Sequence record: PZ452610.1
DNA length: 64,000 nucleotides
Direction: 5' to 3' (one strand)
Source of the DNA: a phage
Shown: positions 63,285-64,000 of the stretch, piece after piece
Position numbering within the stretch: the stretch's first letter is position 1
Layout: each line of letters starts with the position of its first letter
Translations under genes and position numbers: made by a program
Notes under the pieces: generated by a model
What the model was told of the DNA's origin: nothing
Database searches by the model: none
The model's input: the letters and a program-made list of their open reading frames with translations, nothing else

Positions 63285-63497
63285 TTAATTTTGGCCAGTA
63301 TTTATTTTTCGCCTTTGGACGGCCTTAACATCTGTGAGGTATTTTTCCAGCTTGCGCTTGCGTGTATAATCAGCTTTAGAACCAGTTTGACGGATATCCT
63401 CGTTTAAATGAGAAATAGAATGTCCTAATTCTCTTCGGATTTCATCCAATTGGGTTACAGTAAGATTACGAAGTTGTCTTTCGTTTAATTGCTGCAT
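63285..63497 (-). CDS. hypothetical protein (70 aa)
   Basis: ORF track; AAGAGGT RBS; TATAAATA late-promoter-like element upstream. Confidence 0.5.
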   Translation of the reverse strand: MQQLNERQLRNLTVTQLDEIRRELGHSISHLNEDIRQTGSKADYTRKRKLEKYLTDVKAVQRRKINTGQN

Positions 63498-63521
63498 ATA
63501 TACCTCTTGGTTAGATATTAG

Positions 63522-63529
63522 TATTTATA
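63522..63529 (-). promoter_or_regulatory. late-promoter-like TATAAATA
   Basis: Minus strand TATAAATA about 25 nt upstream of ATG at 63495-63497. Confidence 0.4.
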
Positions 63530-64000
63530 ACAACCCTGTCAAATCATTCCAATGCTTCCGGCATAATGACACGTATCTATCGGTATCACCAATTTCAATT
63601 TGACTGCCATCTGTAATTGGAAGTCCGTCTTCCGTGACTCTAGCTACCATTGTGGCCTTTTTACCGCAATGACAGACACCTTTAAGTTCAACAAGCTTAT
63701 CGGCAATAGCCATTAATGCTTGAGAACCTTCAAATAGATTACCTTTAAAATCTGTTCGTAGTCCATATGCCATTACTGGCACATTGTATACGTCAACAAT
63801 ACGACTAAGTTGATACACCTTTTCAGTAGTTAAGAACTGAGCTTCGTCAACAAATACACAGTGAATATCCTTTTGTGCTGCAGCCCATTTATAGAATTCA
63901 AAGATATCCATGTCTTTTGTAATTATATTGGCATCCTGACGAATACCAATACGAGAGACTATTTCACCTTTTGAATCACGAGTATCAATAGCCGGTTTAA
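63525..64000 (-). CDS. tk: thymidine kinase, partial (N-terminus beyond window end)
   Basis: ORF is open to the window end; HCVFVDEAQFLT, AYGLRTDFKG and CHCGKKATM...RYVSLCRKH align with E. coli Tdk / T4 Tk. Confidence 0.9.
   Translation of the reverse strand, partial: KPAIDTRDSKGEIVSRIGIRQDANIITKDMDIFEFYKWAAAQKDIHCVFVDEAQFLTTEKVYQLSRIVDVYNVPVMAYGLRTDFKGNLFEGSQALMAIADKLVELKGVCHCGKKATMVARVTEDGLPITDGSQIEIGDTDRYVSLCRKHWNDLTGLL

Noticed and set aside
1-64000. Search for tRNA, rRNA and CRISPR repeat arrays
   Set aside because: No regularly spaced direct repeats and no tRNA-like cloverleaf candidates noticed by eye; the equivalent T4 interval also lacks tRNAs. Not excluded computationally

Overview
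This window is a T4-like (Tevenvirinae-type) phage segment, almost entirely transcribed on the minus strand and colinear with the T4 early/replication region: gene 52 (partial) - ndd-like - rIIB - rIIA - topoisomerase 39 (single fused 605-aa ORF, no separate gene 60) - dexA - dda - modA/modB - soc - 56 - 61 - 41 - uvsX - 42 - 43 - regA - 62 - 44 - 45 - 46 - 47 - 55 - nrdH-like/nrdG/nrdD - 49 - nrdC - hyperplastic region - tk (partial). Calls rest on reading the translated ORFs against remembered T4 protein sequences and family motifs; no database search was run. The main departure from T4 is a candidate DNA sugar-hypermodification system: a co-oriented cassette between genes 42 and 43 (SIS/KdsD-like arabinose-5-phosphate isomerase, small HAD phosphatase, nucleotidyltransferase + APH-like kinase fusion, unknown 386-aa Cys-rich protein), a GT-B-like glycosyltransferase between rIIA and gene 39, and an unrelated kinase + 299-aa protein where T4 has beta-gt; no alpha-gt is present between 47 and 55. 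Other notable content: about 25 copies of an early-promoter cassette (GTTTAC-like -35, TATAAT-like -10, often inside a stem-loop), UUCG-tetraloop terminators, MotA-box middle promoters, TATAAATA late promoters, and an accessory island between nrdC and tk with three tandem ~320-aa coiled-coil proteins, a P-loop ATPase and a Pol-beta-type nucleotidyltransferase. No tRNA, rRNA or CRISPR array was recognised.
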